A DNA stretch of 64,000 nucleotides from an uncultured Fimbriimonadales bacterium (GCA_937992175.1 CALKLF010000008.1:7847-71846), one strand, 5' to 3'. Positions 37,079-49,640 are shown, numbered from the stretch's first letter. Notes: a model not told the origin generated them from the letters alone. Made by a program: numbers and translations.

Positions 37079-38097
37079 GCATTTTCGGGCGCGCTGGAAA
37101 CGATTCGCGCCTGCTCGAGGAACGCTTCCAACGTGGGCACATCCAGCGCGGCGTCGAAGAGCGTTTCCAAGGCAGGCGCGTCCGAAATCGCCTCAACCAG
37201 TGGCTGCGCCGTCTTCGCGGCGTCCCCGAAACGACGGCTCAAGGCGCGTATAATCGTTTTTCTGAGGGTTTCCACTTGTCCTTCGGCGCGCCCTTCGGCA
37301 AGCCCTTTCTCGCGCCCTTCGGCAAGCCCCTTTTCAATCGCGCGCTTTTCCAGCCGCGACACGAACGGCGTCTTCCGACGACGCTTATACTCCTCCACCA
37401 GCTCGTCTACCTGACGCTCCAAAGTCTCTGGCAGCATAAGTACCCACTCCAGCAGGCGCAAAATCTGCGCCTGCTGATTATGAGTATACCCGTACTCCAT
37501 CATCAGCGCAATCAGCCGCTTGCGCGCCTCGAATCGGGCGTCTATGTTCCCCTCTGTTTCCATCGCCTTTCGAAACGCCAGCAACATCAGCGCAGCAGGG
37601 TTTCTACGCTTCGCCTGCTCAGTCAGGTATCGCTCGCCCATCTCCAGCAGCTTCACCGTGTGGAACTGGAAGTCGAGGCGCGTGCCTGGCAGTTCGCGCA
37701 CATAGCGGTCAGGACGCCAGTTCGGGTTCTTGTCGGCGTAAATCACGATACAGACGATGTCGGTGCGGAGTTCCAGCCACGCGCGGGCGTAATAGGCGAA
37801 TACGCGCTCTTCCATCCTGGCTGCAAACTGCGACTGAGCCTCCAGGTGAATGTAGACGCCGCGCGGTTCGCCGTTTTTGAGCCACACGCGAGCAAGGCGG
37901 TCGGGGTAAAGCTTGCCCGTTTCGCTTTGCGGAGAGAGGCGTCGCAGCTCGGCGTCCACAAACTGGGGTCTGCGCTTCCAGTCAATCATCGCATAGAGTT
38001 CATGCAGGATCAACTTGATGAGTTGGCGGAAGAAGACCGTGATAAACTCCTTCCATGGGCTGTCGTAGTCTGCGCGCGATTGCTCCCGCGACTCCAT
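37075..38097 (-). CDS. Rpn-like / PD-(D/E)XK putative transposase-nuclease family protein (paralogue 2)
   Basis: DYDSPWKEFITVFF, HLEAQ, GLAEGREKGLAEG repeat; closely similar to 4513-5529. Confidence 0.82.
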   Translation of the reverse strand: MESREQSRADYDSPWKEFITVFFRQLIKLILHELYAMIDWKRRPQFVDAELRRLSPQSETGKLYPDRLARVWLKNGEPRGVYIHLEAQSQFAARMEERVFAYYARAWLELRTDIVCIVIYADKNPNWRPDRYVRELPGTRLDFQFHTVKLLEMGERYLTEQAKRRNPAALMLLAFRKAMETEGNIDARFEARKRLIALMMEYGYTHNQQAQILRLLEWVLMLPETLERQVDELVEEYKRRRKTPFVSRLEKRAIEKGLAEGREKGLAEGRAEGQVETLRKTIIRALSRRFGDAAKTAQPLVEAISDAPALETLFDAALDVPTLEAFLEQARIVSSAPENA

Positions 38098-38169
38098 AGC
38101 AGGCTAATTCGCACAAGAACAAACTTTCCCTGCCAGAGGATTAGCCACATTATGGAACAATCCTTCTGT

Positions 38170-39591
38170 ATGCGGCAGGTGGATGTGCTGGTGATTGGCA
38201 GTGGGCCCGCGGGGCAGCGCGCGGCGATTCAGGCGGCGAAACTCGGACGCAGCGTCGCGATTGTCGAGCGACAGACCAGCCTCGGCGGGGTGTGCATCAA
38301 TACGGGCACAATCCCCAGCAAGGCGCTGCGCGAGGCAATCCTGCAACTCACAGGCAAACGGGGCGGGCTTTATCACGAAACCAGCACAGGGATCCCCAGC
38401 GACCTGACCATTCAAGACTTGGTCGCGCAGTGCCAGCACATCATCCGCACAGAGCAGGCAGTGATACGCGAGCATCTGCAGAAAAACGGCGTGCAGATGC
38501 TCTGGGGCAACGCCTATTTTGAGGACGAATACACCGTGCGCGTGATTCAGCCGACGGGGCACGAGGTGGTGCGCGCCGAGGCGATTATTCTGGCGGTCGG
38601 CACGGTTCCCGCGCGCCCACCGCATATCCCCTTCGATGACCAGCGGGTGGTGGACAGCGACTCGTTCCTGCGTCTGCCGCGCCTCCCAAAGAGCCTGATT
38701 ATCGTGGGCGGCGGGGTGATTGGCGTGGAGTACGCCTGCATGATGAACCTGCTGGGCGTGCGCGTGATTCTGGTGGAGGCGCGCCAGCGACTGCTCGATC
38801 TTGTGGACACGGAGATCAGCGAGGCGTTGCAGTATCATATGCGCTCGGCGGACATCACGCTGCGTCTGGGCGAGCAGGTGAGCCAGGTGCAGATTCTCCC
38901 CTGCGGTCTGGTGGAGGCGACTTTGGCAAGCGGCAAGCACCTGCGCGCGGAGGCGTTGCTCTACTGTATCGGGCGGCAGGGCGCGACTGCCACGCTGGGG
39001 CTGGAGAAAATCGGGCTGGAGCCTGACTCGCGCGGACGACTGCAGGTCAACGAGCGGTTCCAGACGGCAATTCCCCACATTTACGCGGTAGGAGATGTGA
39101 TTGGCTTCCCCGCGCTGGCAAGCACCTCGATGGAGCAGGGGCGCGTCGCGGCGCTCCACGCCTGCGGCGAACCCGTTGAACAGAGCTGCCCACTGTTCCC
39201 CTACGGAATTTATACTATCCCTGAAATCGCGATGGTGGGCAAGACGGAGGCGCAGCTCACGGCGGAGGGTGTGCCCTATGAGGCGGGCGTGGCGCACTAT
39301 CGCGAAACCGCGCGCGGGCAACTGCTCGGCGATACGCACGGCATGCTCAAAATGCTCATCCACGAGGAGACGCGCGAGATACTCGGGGTTCACGCTATTG
39401 GCGCGGGCGCGACGGAGCTAATTCACATCGGGCAGGTGGCGATTGCCTTTCACGCCACCGTGGACTACTTTCTGAAGGCGATTTTCAACTATCCGACGCT
39501 TGCCGAGTGCTACAAAATCGCCGCGCTGAACGGCAGCAATAAGCTCCGCATGCTGCAGCAGGAGACGAAACTGGAGCGACGAGCAGCGTAG
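38170..39591 (+). CDS. sthA: Soluble pyridine nucleotide transhydrogenase
   Basis: IGSGPAG, GGVCINTGTIPSK (single Cys), GDVIGFPALASTSMEQGR, FNYPTLAE. Confidence 0.92.
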   Translation: MRQVDVLVIGSGPAGQRAAIQAAKLGRSVAIVERQTSLGGVCINTGTIPSKALREAILQLTGKRGGLYHETSTGIPSDLTIQDLVAQCQHIIRTEQAVIREHLQKNGVQMLWGNAYFEDEYTVRVIQPTGHEVVRAEAIILAVGTVPARPPHIPFDDQRVVDSDSFLRLPRLPKSLIIVGGGVIGVEYACMMNLLGVRVILVEARQRLLDLVDTEISEALQYHMRSADITLRLGEQVSQVQILPCGLVEATLASGKHLRAEALLYCIGRQGATATLGLEKIGLEPDSRGRLQVNERFQTAIPHIYAVGDVIGFPALASTSMEQGRVAALHACGEPVEQSCPLFPYGIYTIPEIAMVGKTEAQLTAEGVPYEAGVAHYRETARGQLLGDTHGMLKMLIHEETREILGVHAIGAGATELIHIGQVAIAFHATVDYFLKAIFNYPTLAECYKIAALNGSNKLRMLQQETKLERRAA

Positions 39592-39650
39592 ACAGGAGTT
39601 TCCCCGATGGGGTAGAATCTCTCCCCTCACAGAGGAGAGGAGGACATCCG

Positions 39651-40742
39651 ATGAAGATTCAGCTCAACCGCAAACAGTTTGATGATGCGTTAGGCGTTGT
39701 AGCGGGCGCGGCGGCTGCGCGCGCCTCACTCCCCATTTTGAGCCACCTGTATCTGGAAGCGCGGGGCGACACTTTGCGCCTGCTGGGTAGCGATCTGGAG
39801 CAGTGGGTGGAGTGCCGTATCCCCGCGATTGTCGGCGAGGATGGCGCAACCACGCTCCCCGCGCGCTTGCTTACCGAGCTCGTCGGCTCGCTGGGCGGCG
39901 AGGAAATCAACATCGAATCGGGCGAGCGGCATCAGGCAATTCTGACCAGCGGCGACTCGCGCTACCAGTTGCTCGGGTTACCCGCAGAAGAGTACCCCCC
40001 TATCCCTGAAATCGAATCGCCCAGCGAACTCGCGCTGCCTGCCAAGCACTTTCTGGAGATGGTCGGCTCGGTCGAGTTCGCCGTGTCCAAAGAGGAAGCC
40101 CGCCAGACGCTTACTGGCATCCGCATGGAGTTCGAGGGTGACACCCTGCGCCTCGTAGCGACCGACACGCACCGCCTCGCCGTGCGTACCGCGCGCATCG
40201 ATTCAGGCGCGGGCGAACCCACCAGCGCGATTGTGCCATTGAAGGCAATCCAGCTCGTGCATAAAATCCCGACCGCCGACACGATTACCCTGCAGCTTGG
40301 TATGCATCGCGCCGCGTTCCTCGGCGAGAACGCGGCGGTCTATACCCAGCTTATTGAGGGGCAATATCCGAACTACCAGCGCGTGATCCCGCAGGAGTAT
40401 ACGCGTAAGTGGACGCTGATGGCGCAGGACTTTCGGAACGCGCTGCGCCGCGCCTATCTGGTGGCGCGCAGCAACTCGAATAAGGTGTATCTGCGCACGG
40501 ACAGCGAGAAACTGGTGATTACCGCGCAGGGCGATGTCGGTGAGGCAACCGAGCGCGTCGATCTGATTCGCGAGGGCGATGACCTGGAAATCGCCTTCAA
40601 CGCCCGCTATATCCTCGATGTGCTGGATGTGGTGAAAAGTGAGGGTGTGGTAATTGAACTTACCGAAGCGTTGCGACCCGCTGTGTTCAAACCCGCCGAA
40701 ACGGATGATTATCTGTGTGTGATTATGCCGATGGCGTTGTAG
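39651..40742 (+). CDS. dnaN: DNA polymerase III beta sliding clamp
   Basis: SDLE, ATDTHRL, LIEGQYPNY, IAFNARY, IMPM. Confidence 0.96.
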   Translation: MKIQLNRKQFDDALGVVAGAAAARASLPILSHLYLEARGDTLRLLGSDLEQWVECRIPAIVGEDGATTLPARLLTELVGSLGGEEINIESGERHQAILTSGDSRYQLLGLPAEEYPPIPEIESPSELALPAKHFLEMVGSVEFAVSKEEARQTLTGIRMEFEGDTLRLVATDTHRLAVRTARIDSGAGEPTSAIVPLKAIQLVHKIPTADTITLQLGMHRAAFLGENAAVYTQLIEGQYPNYQRVIPQEYTRKWTLMAQDFRNALRRAYLVARSNSNKVYLRTDSEKLVITAQGDVGEATERVDLIREGDDLEIAFNARYILDVLDVVKSEGVVIELTEALRPAVFKPAETDDYLCVIMPMAL

Positions 40743-40752
40743 CTCAAGTCAT

Positions 40753-40781
40753 CCCCTCTCCCCCAGCGCGGGAGAGGGGAG
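40753..40781. repeat. Family A hairpin between convergent genes (possible terminator)
   Basis: CCCCTCTCCC..GGGAGAGGGG. Confidence 0.65.
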
Positions 40782-40793
40782 AGTTTGATCACA

Positions 40794-42563
40794 TCACTTT
40801 AACTGATACACCTTCACCTGCGGACAGATGTAGAGCAAATCGTGGGGCATCGACTCTTTGCGCCCAAGCAGCGGCGGCTCGTTGCGGAAAGTATGCTCCA
40901 GCGTGTATCGTTCGTTCACGATTCGCATAAACGCCTGATAGTCGGCGCGTCCGATGCGCTGCACATCCCGCTCTTCTAACTCGCTGATTATCAGGTATTC
41001 GGGGAGGGTCGCCTGCAGCGCCTCAGTGTTCCATTCGGGCGGCGCAAGCGGGATGAGCCGATAGGGCTGAGCGTTTTGCGCGTAGCGGAGCCGATCCTGC
41101 CAGCGCAGCTCGCCCGTTTCGGGGAACAGCGGGGGCGTGTAGAACCACGGCACGGTGGGGAAGCCGATTCGCGTTCCGCTAGGCAGGTTCGTCCTTACCC
41201 ACTGCGCTGCCTGGTCGCGGGCGTCGGGACGGCGCATACATAGCGCGAGGCTCGTCGAGCTGAGCAGCTGCCAGAGCAAAGCAGCGAGGGCAAGGATTCT
41301 CAAAACGCCCTCACCCCCAACCCCTCTCCCACGGCGTGGAAGAAGGGAGCCAGACTCCCCCTCTCCCACGCCGTGGGAGAGGGGGCTGGGGGTTGAGGGC
41401 ATCTTCGAACCCCTGCCGTAGGCGAGGGGGCTTGGGGGTGAGGGCGTCCACAATAACCCCACCCCCATCGCCAGCATCGGGAACAGCGGGAATGTGTAGC
41501 GCAGGAAGCGCACCTCTGCCGCGCCAATCAGCAGATAATACGCCAGCGACGCTGCCAGAATCCCCCAGAGCGCAGGATAACGCCGTGCGTAGAACGCCCA
41601 TCCCATCAGGCTCGCGACCAGCCCAATCGCTCCGAACCCTGTGCTGAGGTTGGGGTTAATATGATAGAGCCAACCCAGCCCCGTGTCCGTGAAAATCTCG
41701 CCGTGCCCCTGCCCCGCATGGCGCACTTCGTACCAGAAATGGCTCCAGAACCGTTCCGAATCCGCCCAGATTCCGGGGCAGACGAGCGCGAAGGTCAGCC
41801 CCGTGACGCCCGTCGCCGCGAGGCTCCCCAGAGCGCGCCTGCCGAGAGGCTGTGGGCTCGTCAGCCACAGGCTTACGAGGGGGGCAATCAGCGCCAAGCC
41901 TGCGTTGTATTTGGAGCCAGCGGCGCACCCTGCCCAAACCGCGCCCCAGAGCAGCGTGCGGAGCGGGCGCGGGGAAATCATGAGCGCGACCGCCTGATGA
42001 AACGCCAGCGCCACGAAAAAAGTGGTGGGTACATCCACCGTCATGAAATCGCTATGCACGACCAACGCGGGCGCAAGCGCGAATACCAACCCTGCGACCA
42101 TACCTGCCTGTACGCCCGCAACGATTGCCAGCGTGCGCCCAACCACGACCGCCGCGCCTGCGCCCATCAGCGCGACCTGTAGACGCCCCCACAAGTAAAG
42201 CTGCGCCCGCAACTCGGCAACTTGCGCAGGCGACGGGTTTTCGGGTAGCCCGCCGATGATTCCCGCAGCGCTCAGCCAGTGCAGCCACACGCTCCAGAGG
42301 TACATCGGCAGCGTGCCGTAGTTATAGAAGCCCGGCAGGAACTCGCCCGCGTAGGGGTTAATCGTGAAATAGCTCGCCAGCAGAATCAGCCACTCGTCGG
42401 GGTGATAGGAGTAATAACGCTCGGCGTTGGGCAAGCCCCAGCCGATTCCAATCAGCCGTATGCCCAGCGCAATCCCAAAAACCGCCGTCCATAGCCCGAT
42501 TGACCGATAGCGTTGCAACGCCCGTTCCCTGCTATTTCGCCGCTTCCACGATTTTCTGGGCAA
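40794..42563 (-). CDS. GT-C (ArnT/PMT-like) membrane glycosyltransferase with in-frame repeat insertion
   Basis: HPDE, multiple TM helices, SKYNA, RFLRY..P; start uncertain. Confidence 0.8.
   Translation of the reverse strand: MPRKSWKRRNSRERALQRYRSIGLWTAVFGIALGIRLIGIGWGLPNAERYYSYHPDEWLILLASYFTINPYAGEFLPGFYNYGTLPMYLWSVWLHWLSAAGIIGGLPENPSPAQVAELRAQLYLWGRLQVALMGAGAAVVVGRTLAIVAGVQAGMVAGLVFALAPALVVHSDFMTVDVPTTFFVALAFHQAVALMISPRPLRTLLWGAVWAGCAAGSKYNAGLALIAPLVSLWLTSPQPLGRRALGSLAATGVTGLTFALVCPGIWADSERFWSHFWYEVRHAGQGHGEIFTDTGLGWLYHINPNLSTGFGAIGLVASLMGWAFYARRYPALWGILAASLAYYLLIGAAEVRFLRYTFPLFPMLAMGVGLLWTPSPPSPLAYGRGSKMPSTPSPLSHGVGEGESGSLLPRRGRGVGGEGVLRILALAALLWQLLSSTSLALCMRRPDARDQAAQWVRTNLPSGTRIGFPTVPWFYTPPLFPETGELRWQDRLRYAQNAQPYRLIPLAPPEWNTEALQATLPEYLIISELEERDVQRIGRADYQAFMRIVNERYTLEHTFRNEPPLLGRKESMPHDLLYICPQVKVYQLK
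41308..41445. repeat. Family A repeats inserted in frame in the glycosyltransferase
   Basis: Encodes PSPPSPL...PSPLSHGVGEGE...GRGVGGEG. Confidence 0.88.
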
Positions 42564-43494
42564 TCAGCGCGATTTCGGGGCTGAGGACGCCTTCTGGGCG
42601 CGTGCCCGTGCGCAGGCAGCGCAGGAAGTATTCGGGGGCGTTGCGCGCGCCTTCGGGCAGCGGCTCAGGCTCCTCATAGACAACCTCCGCCCCGCGCCGA
42701 TGGATGCGCAACTTGCCGTCCACCACGCCTGCCGTCGCCTCCGTGCCGTAGACAATCGGGTTCGGCCCGCCGTCCGAGCCGATTTGCGACCAAGTGGCTT
42801 CAATCACGGCAATCGCCTTCGGATAGCGGGCGATGACCACCGCGTTGTCGTCGCTGATAGGGTAATCTTTGGTCAGGCTGCCGCGCGCGCCCACTGTCTG
42901 TTCGGGTTCGCCCAGCAGGTACGCGCTCATGACCGCGCCGTAGCAGGCGAAGTCGGCTAACGCGCCCGCGCCGTTCAGATGTTCGTCATAGAGCCAGCTC
43001 ACGAAGTAGGGGTCGCAGCCGATTTCGCGCGGTCCCGCGTGCCCCGCACGGAACCGAAACTCGAAAATCGCGCCGAAGTCGCCCCGTTTCGCGCGTTCAA
43101 GAAGCGTCTGTATCGCAGGGTTCCAGCGCGTGGGCCAGTTAATCATCAGCAGGCGGTCAGTTGCCCGCGCTGTCGCCAGCATCTGTTCGGCGTCGGTGAG
43201 GTCGGCCGCCATCGGCTTCTCGACCATCACATGCGCTCCACACTGCATCGCCTCGATGGCAATCGCGGCGCTTGTGCGATTATCGGCGCACGCCAGCACA
43301 ATATCGGGCTGCTCCGATTCCAGCATTGCGCGCCAGTCGGCGTAGGCGCGTTGAAAGTGGTTTCGTGCGCGCTCCAGCAAGGGGGTGGCGTCGGCGACGG
43401 CGGTCAGCTCCACCTCAGGCTGCGCCGCCCACTGTTCCAGCAAGCCCCACACATGCCCATGCGTCAATCCTGCAACGGCGAGTTTGAACGCCAT
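42532..43494 (-). CDS. Gfo/Idh/MocA family oxidoreductase
   Basis: HVMVEKPMA, GAGALADFACY. Confidence 0.88.
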   Translation of the reverse strand: MAFKLAVAGLTHGHVWGLLEQWAAQPEVELTAVADATPLLERARNHFQRAYADWRAMLESEQPDIVLACADNRTSAAIAIEAMQCGAHVMVEKPMAADLTDAEQMLATARATDRLLMINWPTRWNPAIQTLLERAKRGDFGAIFEFRFRAGHAGPREIGCDPYFVSWLYDEHLNGAGALADFACYGAVMSAYLLGEPEQTVGARGSLTKDYPISDDNAVVIARYPKAIAVIEATWSQIGSDGGPNPIVYGTEATAGVVDGKLRIHRRGAEVVYEEPEPLPEGARNAPEYFLRCLRTGTRPEGVLSPEIALIAQKIVEAAK

Positions 43495-43496
43495 CG

Positions 43497-44042
43497 TTAT
43501 CGCTCCTTGCTCTCCAGCGTGGGGATGGGCGTTTTCTGGATCGTCTGGGGCGACAGTCCGAACGCCTCACAGAGCCGCTCGACCACCAGCGGGGCGCGCT
43601 CGGCTTCGATCAGGCAGGTGATGCGGTTGTGTGCGTCGCTCATCTGTTCGATGGCGACCCCCGCCTCGTACAGAACCTCCGCGATTCGAGCGAACACGCC
43701 ATGCAGCTCGCGCATATTCTGCGCAAAGATGGAGACCATCACCCGACGCGGTTTGACGGCGACGCGAAAGCCGTCCGCCTCCAGAATCTCGCAGGCGCGC
43801 GCCGCATGCTCCGAATCGACGCCGAAGCTCAGCCCGTTGCGCTGCAGCTTGATGAGAAACAGGGGAATCTCCGCCCCGCGCATCAGGTTCAGAATCTGCT
43901 GGCGTTGCGCCGTGAGGTTATCGGGATAAGGAACGCGCACGAACAGGTAGGTCGCCTCTGCTGAAACCGTGATGGCGCTCACGCCCCGATCGCGCTCAAA
44001 GCTCACACGCTCGCCCTGAACAATCGCCCAGCCCTCGTGCAT
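43497..44042 (-). CDS. Stand-alone tandem ACT-domain protein (aspartokinase regulatory-region-like)
   Basis: [31 protein letters not shown]....ITCLI. Confidence 0.75.
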   Translation of the reverse strand: MHEGWAIVQGERVSFERDRGVSAITVSAEATYLFVRVPYPDNLTAQRQQILNLMRGAEIPLFLIKLQRNGLSFGVDSEHAARACEILEADGFRVAVKPRRVMVSIFAQNMRELHGVFARIAEVLYEAGVAIEQMSDAHNRITCLIEAERAPLVVERLCEAFGLSPQTIQKTPIPTLESKER

Positions 44043-44064
44043 TGCGTGGGGAAGTATACCTGAG

Positions 44065-44195
44065 GGGTACAATTCCCTCAATGCCTACGCAACGGCTGAG
44101 AATCAAGGGTATGACCTGCGCCGCGTGTGTGCGCCGCGTGGAGAAAGTGCTGCAGCGCGCACCGGGCGTGCAGGGGGCGACGGTGAACCTCGCGA
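44065..44195 (+). repeat. 131-bp direct repeat, copy 1 (-10 box plus first 38 codons of copA)
   Basis: Matches 45128-45258 at offset 1063; identical over 44087-44195. Confidence 0.95.
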
Positions 44196-44220
44196 AACTT
44201 TTCACGGCGGAGAGAATTTT

Positions 44221-44568
44221 GTGCCTGGGGTTCGGTTCTATCTTGACGAGAGCGTCGACCCCGTAATTGCTGAGCAGCTTCGGCTGCGTAGCGTGGAGGC
44301 ATACACCACGCGCGATCTCGGCAAACTGGGCGCAAGCGACGCCGAACAACTGCAAACGGCGCTTACGCTGAACGCTGTGCTGGTGACACACGATGTGGAT
44401 TTTCTGCAGATGCAGGCGACACAGACGCTTTTCATCAAGGAGCAACAGTTTGGAATCGGATTCATCGTGCGTGTACTGGAGCAAATCGCCCGCAACTGCA
44501 ACCTGAGCGACTTTAGTTATGTGCGCTTTCTACAGGAGTTCACACATCTGCTGCCCGAAGATGTTTGA
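44221..44568 (+). CDS. DUF5615 PIN-like protein (putative toxin)
   Basis: [21 protein letters not shown]. Confidence 0.85.
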   Translation: MPGVRFYLDESVDPVIAEQLRLRSVEAYTTRDLGKLGASDAEQLQTALTLNAVLVTHDVDFLQMQATQTLFIKEQQFGIGFIVRVLEQIARNCNLSDFSYVRFLQEFTHLLPEDV

Positions 44569-44586
44569 AGGTATAATGAGGTTAGC

Positions 44587-45123
44587 ATGGTCATCGAGCG
44601 ACGCGAGGGCGTAGTTGGGGGCAAGCCAGCGATTGCGGGCACGCGCATCAAGGTCTCGCAAATCGTGCTACGCTACTTGGGGGCGGGTGAGCGCGTGAGC
44701 GAAATCGTGCGATGCTATCCTCACCTCACGCCTGCGCAGGTACATACTGCTATCGCTTATTTCTATGAGCATCCGGAAGAGATTCTGAGCGAGCTGTATG
44801 AGGAGCTGCGCCTGATTGACTCGATGCTCAGCGAAGATGACCGTCGACGCCTGCGTATTCAACTCACGGCGCTAATGCTGGAAGGCTATCAGTTCCGCGA
44901 CCTTATCGAGACGCCTGAACAAGCTCAGGAAACTTCAGGCGTATACCTGCTTCTACGCGAAGTCGCCAAGTCAGAGTATCTGATTCAGGGCGTTGGGGCG
45001 GCGGAGTCGGTACGCGCCGCGCTGCAGAACGCAACTGACGCTGCCGATTGCTACGCCGTGCGCTACGCCCCGTTGGAGCAGGCGCAGGCAATTGGGGAGC
45101 AGATTCGCCAGTGGCTGGGCTAA
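44587..45123 (+). CDS. DUF433 antitoxin-like protein with extra C-terminal domain
   Basis: GVVGGKPAIAGTRIKV, YPHLT..QV..AIAY. Confidence 0.88.
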   Translation: MVIERREGVVGGKPAIAGTRIKVSQIVLRYLGAGERVSEIVRCYPHLTPAQVHTAIAYFYEHPEEILSELYEELRLIDSMLSEDDRRRLRIQLTALMLEGYQFRDLIETPEQAQETSGVYLLLREVAKSEYLIQGVGAAESVRAALQNATDAADCYAVRYAPLEQAQAIGEQIRQWLG

Positions 45124-45143
45124 GCACGGGTACAATTCCTCTG

Positions 45144-47621
<2,478 letters not shown>

Positions 47622-47661
47622 GGGCGGAATCGGACGGGCTGAATAATACCAGCTGGGGCTT

Positions 47662-47855
47662 CAGATGTCGTGTGTCGCCGACGCTACGCACGGCGTGCGT
47701 AGCGTCGGCGTCCTGCCGATGACACACGACACTTGAAAGCTCGATTGGTAAGTGCTTCCCGTGAAAAATGCTGGAGAAATGCAGAAGGGAAACGGCTGAG
47801 ATTCCTCGCTTCGCTGGAATGACAACCGTTGTCATTCCGAGCGAAGCGAGGAATC
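47662..47855. repeat. Adjacent family C (47662-47737) and family B (47798-47855) repeats
   Basis: CGCCGACGCTAC..GTAGCGTCGGCG and GAGATTCCTCGCTTCGCT..GTCATTCCGAGCGAAGCGAGGAATC. Confidence 0.85.
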
Positions 47856-47957
47856 GCTTTCGGGATCATTCTTTGCGGGAAAGGCTTATAACTTGATCCT
47901 GCAGGGCGACGCTACAATATCGAGGAATAGGCTATAATTACGCAGGAGGCAAGAACG

Positions 47958-48194
47958 ATGGCATTAGCCGATGTGGAGACCCGCCGCATGGTGCTGCGCG
48001 AGGTTAGCAAGCGTCACCTGGATACATCGCGGCTCGATGTACAGGTGTTTCATGGCGTGGTATACCTGCGGGGTACGGTGAGCGGTATGCGTGGGCACGA
48101 TATTGATCCCAAGGCGGAGATGGAGATTATCCGCCGCATTCTGCGCCAGCGCCCTGGTATTCGCGATGTGGTGGTCGATGTGATTTTCCGCTGA
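47958..48194 (+). CDS. Small BON-domain protein
   Basis: LDVQVFHGVVYLRGTV...PGIRDVV; TATAAT and AGGAGG upstream. Confidence 0.75.
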   Translation: MALADVETRRMVLREVSKRHLDTSRLDVQVFHGVVYLRGTVSGMRGHDIDPKAEMEIIRRILRQRPGIRDVVVDVIFR

Positions 48195-48197
48195 GCG

Positions 48198-48914
48198 ATG
48201 CAACGCGGGCTGTGGGACGCGCTTTATCCGCCGCGCTGTGTGGCGTGCGGACGGTTTAATAACGAGCCGTTGTGTCCTGCCTGCGTGGAGCGCATCGCGC
48301 CGATTCTGCCGCCTGCATGCCGTCGATGTGGTATGCCCCTGCGTCATCTGGGCGATTGCCGACATTGTCTGGGGCGAACCTTTGCATACGACGGGGCGGT
48401 GTGCGCGGGATTTTACACGGGGAGCCTGCGCTGTGCGATTTTGAACTTGAAGTTCCGTCGCTGGCGACGCGCCGCCGAACCGCTGGCGGCGCAGCTCTGG
48501 CAGGCGTGGAGCCGCCCGGAGTGCGCCGTGCTGCGCCAAGTTGACGCGATTATCCCCGTGCCGATTCACCCAGCACGACGCGCCTTTCGGGGCTTCAACC
48601 AGGCGGAGTTAATCGCCGAGCAGCTCAGTCGGCTCTCAGGCGTCCCCGTGTCGACGGGCGCGCTCCGCCGCCGACTCTACCGACGCCCGCAGGTGGGGCT
48701 GCGTCAAGCCGAGCGCATGCAGAATGTGCAGGACGCTTTCGAAGTCGCGCACCCTGAACTGGTTCGGGGACGCGCCGTCGCTTTGCTCGATGATGTGTTC
48801 ACGACGGGCAGCACCCTCGATGCCTGCGCTCGTGCGCTCAAAAGCGCGGGCGCGGCGTTCGTCGTCGCCCTCGCGCTCGCCCGCGACCTCAGCGAAGACG
48901 AACCGACTCTTTAA
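48198..48914 (+). CDS. comF: ComF family phosphoribosyltransferase-fold protein
   Basis: N-terminal CxxC pairs, PVPIH..R...RGFNQ, LLDDVFTTGST. Confidence 0.92.
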   Translation: MQRGLWDALYPPRCVACGRFNNEPLCPACVERIAPILPPACRRCGMPLRHLGDCRHCLGRTFAYDGAVCAGFYTGSLRCAILNLKFRRWRRAAEPLAAQLWQAWSRPECAVLRQVDAIIPVPIHPARRAFRGFNQAELIAEQLSRLSGVPVSTGALRRRLYRRPQVGLRQAERMQNVQDAFEVAHPELVRGRAVALLDDVFTTGSTLDACARALKSAGAAFVVALALARDLSEDEPTL

Positions 48915-49640
48915 GTAAATCTCGTCGGACGCCTCGTATACTCGCTTGTCAATCTGGAGTTGCACCGAGACTGAGTGGAAGCCTTCTCCGTCGGGCAACT
49001 GGCAGCGGAGCCATTCGCGAGGCGTTTGCCACTCGCTCCATGCGCCGTCGCCAACGCGATAGCGCATCGCCTGTGCCCCCTGCGCTCCATGCACATAGAC
49101 AACGACAGCGGGCGAATCCGTAGAGAAGGCATCCAGGTTAATCACAATCGGATAGACATTACGCCGTGCGCCGAGCAACTGTGTCCATGCGGTACGATAG
49201 CGAGTCGCGTCGTTGGCGGTGAAGCCCACGCCCAGCTCGCGATAGTGAGGGTCGAGCAAATTGGCGCGGTGCGGAGGGCTTTGGAGCCACATCTCCAGCG
49301 CGCGCTCGTAGCAGAGCTGTCCCGCCGCGAGGTTCTCGCCCAGCCGATGATAGAAATAGCCCGCCTGCGTCACCCGATAGTCCGCGCGTCGCCCCTGCGC
49401 GTCGGCGTGCTGAATCCGTCCCGTCACTAACAGCGTCTCCGCGTAGCTCTGGGCGGCTGCGCAAAGCTGTTCGTTTAGCTTCAGCGGGGGCAACCCCTGT
49501 TCCAGACGCGCCTCGTTCACAGCCACCGCGTAGTCGTGAAGCAACTTCAGCCGCGTCTCGATGGTGTTGTGAGCGGTTGCACACGCAACACTGATTCCCA
49601 GCAGCATCGTCCCTAACCAGCGCTGGATCGCACGATCCAT
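48636..49640 (-). CDS. Exported CAP-domain protein with C-terminal Ig-like region (3' end overlaps comF)
   Basis: GENLAAG, WLQSPPHRANLL, ELGVG; AGGAGG Shine-Dalgarno before ATG 49640. Confidence 0.8.
   Translation of the reverse strand: MDRAIQRWLGTMLLGISVACATAHNTIETRLKLLHDYAVAVNEARLEQGLPPLKLNEQLCAAAQSYAETLLVTGRIQHADAQGRRADYRVTQAGYFYHRLGENLAAGQLCYERALEMWLQSPPHRANLLDPHYRELGVGFTANDATRYRTAWTQLLGARRNVYPIVINLDAFSTDSPAVVVYVHGAQGAQAMRYRVGDGAWSEWQTPREWLRCQLPDGEGFHSVSVQLQIDKRVYEASDEIYLKSRFVFAEVAGEREGDDERRARAFERTSAGIEGAARREHIIEQSDGASPNQFRVRDFESVLHILHALGLTQPHLRASVESAAERARRHGDA

Noticed and set aside
37072-38169. N-terminal 366 aa of the 839-aa ORF as a domain fused to SthA
   Set aside because: It is the antisense shadow of the Rpn-like gene; SthA homology begins at ATG 38170.
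44081-44266. Independent CopZ copper chaperone
   Set aside because: It is a near-identical copy of the first 38 copA codons followed by unrelated sequence, so the HMA fold is incomplete.
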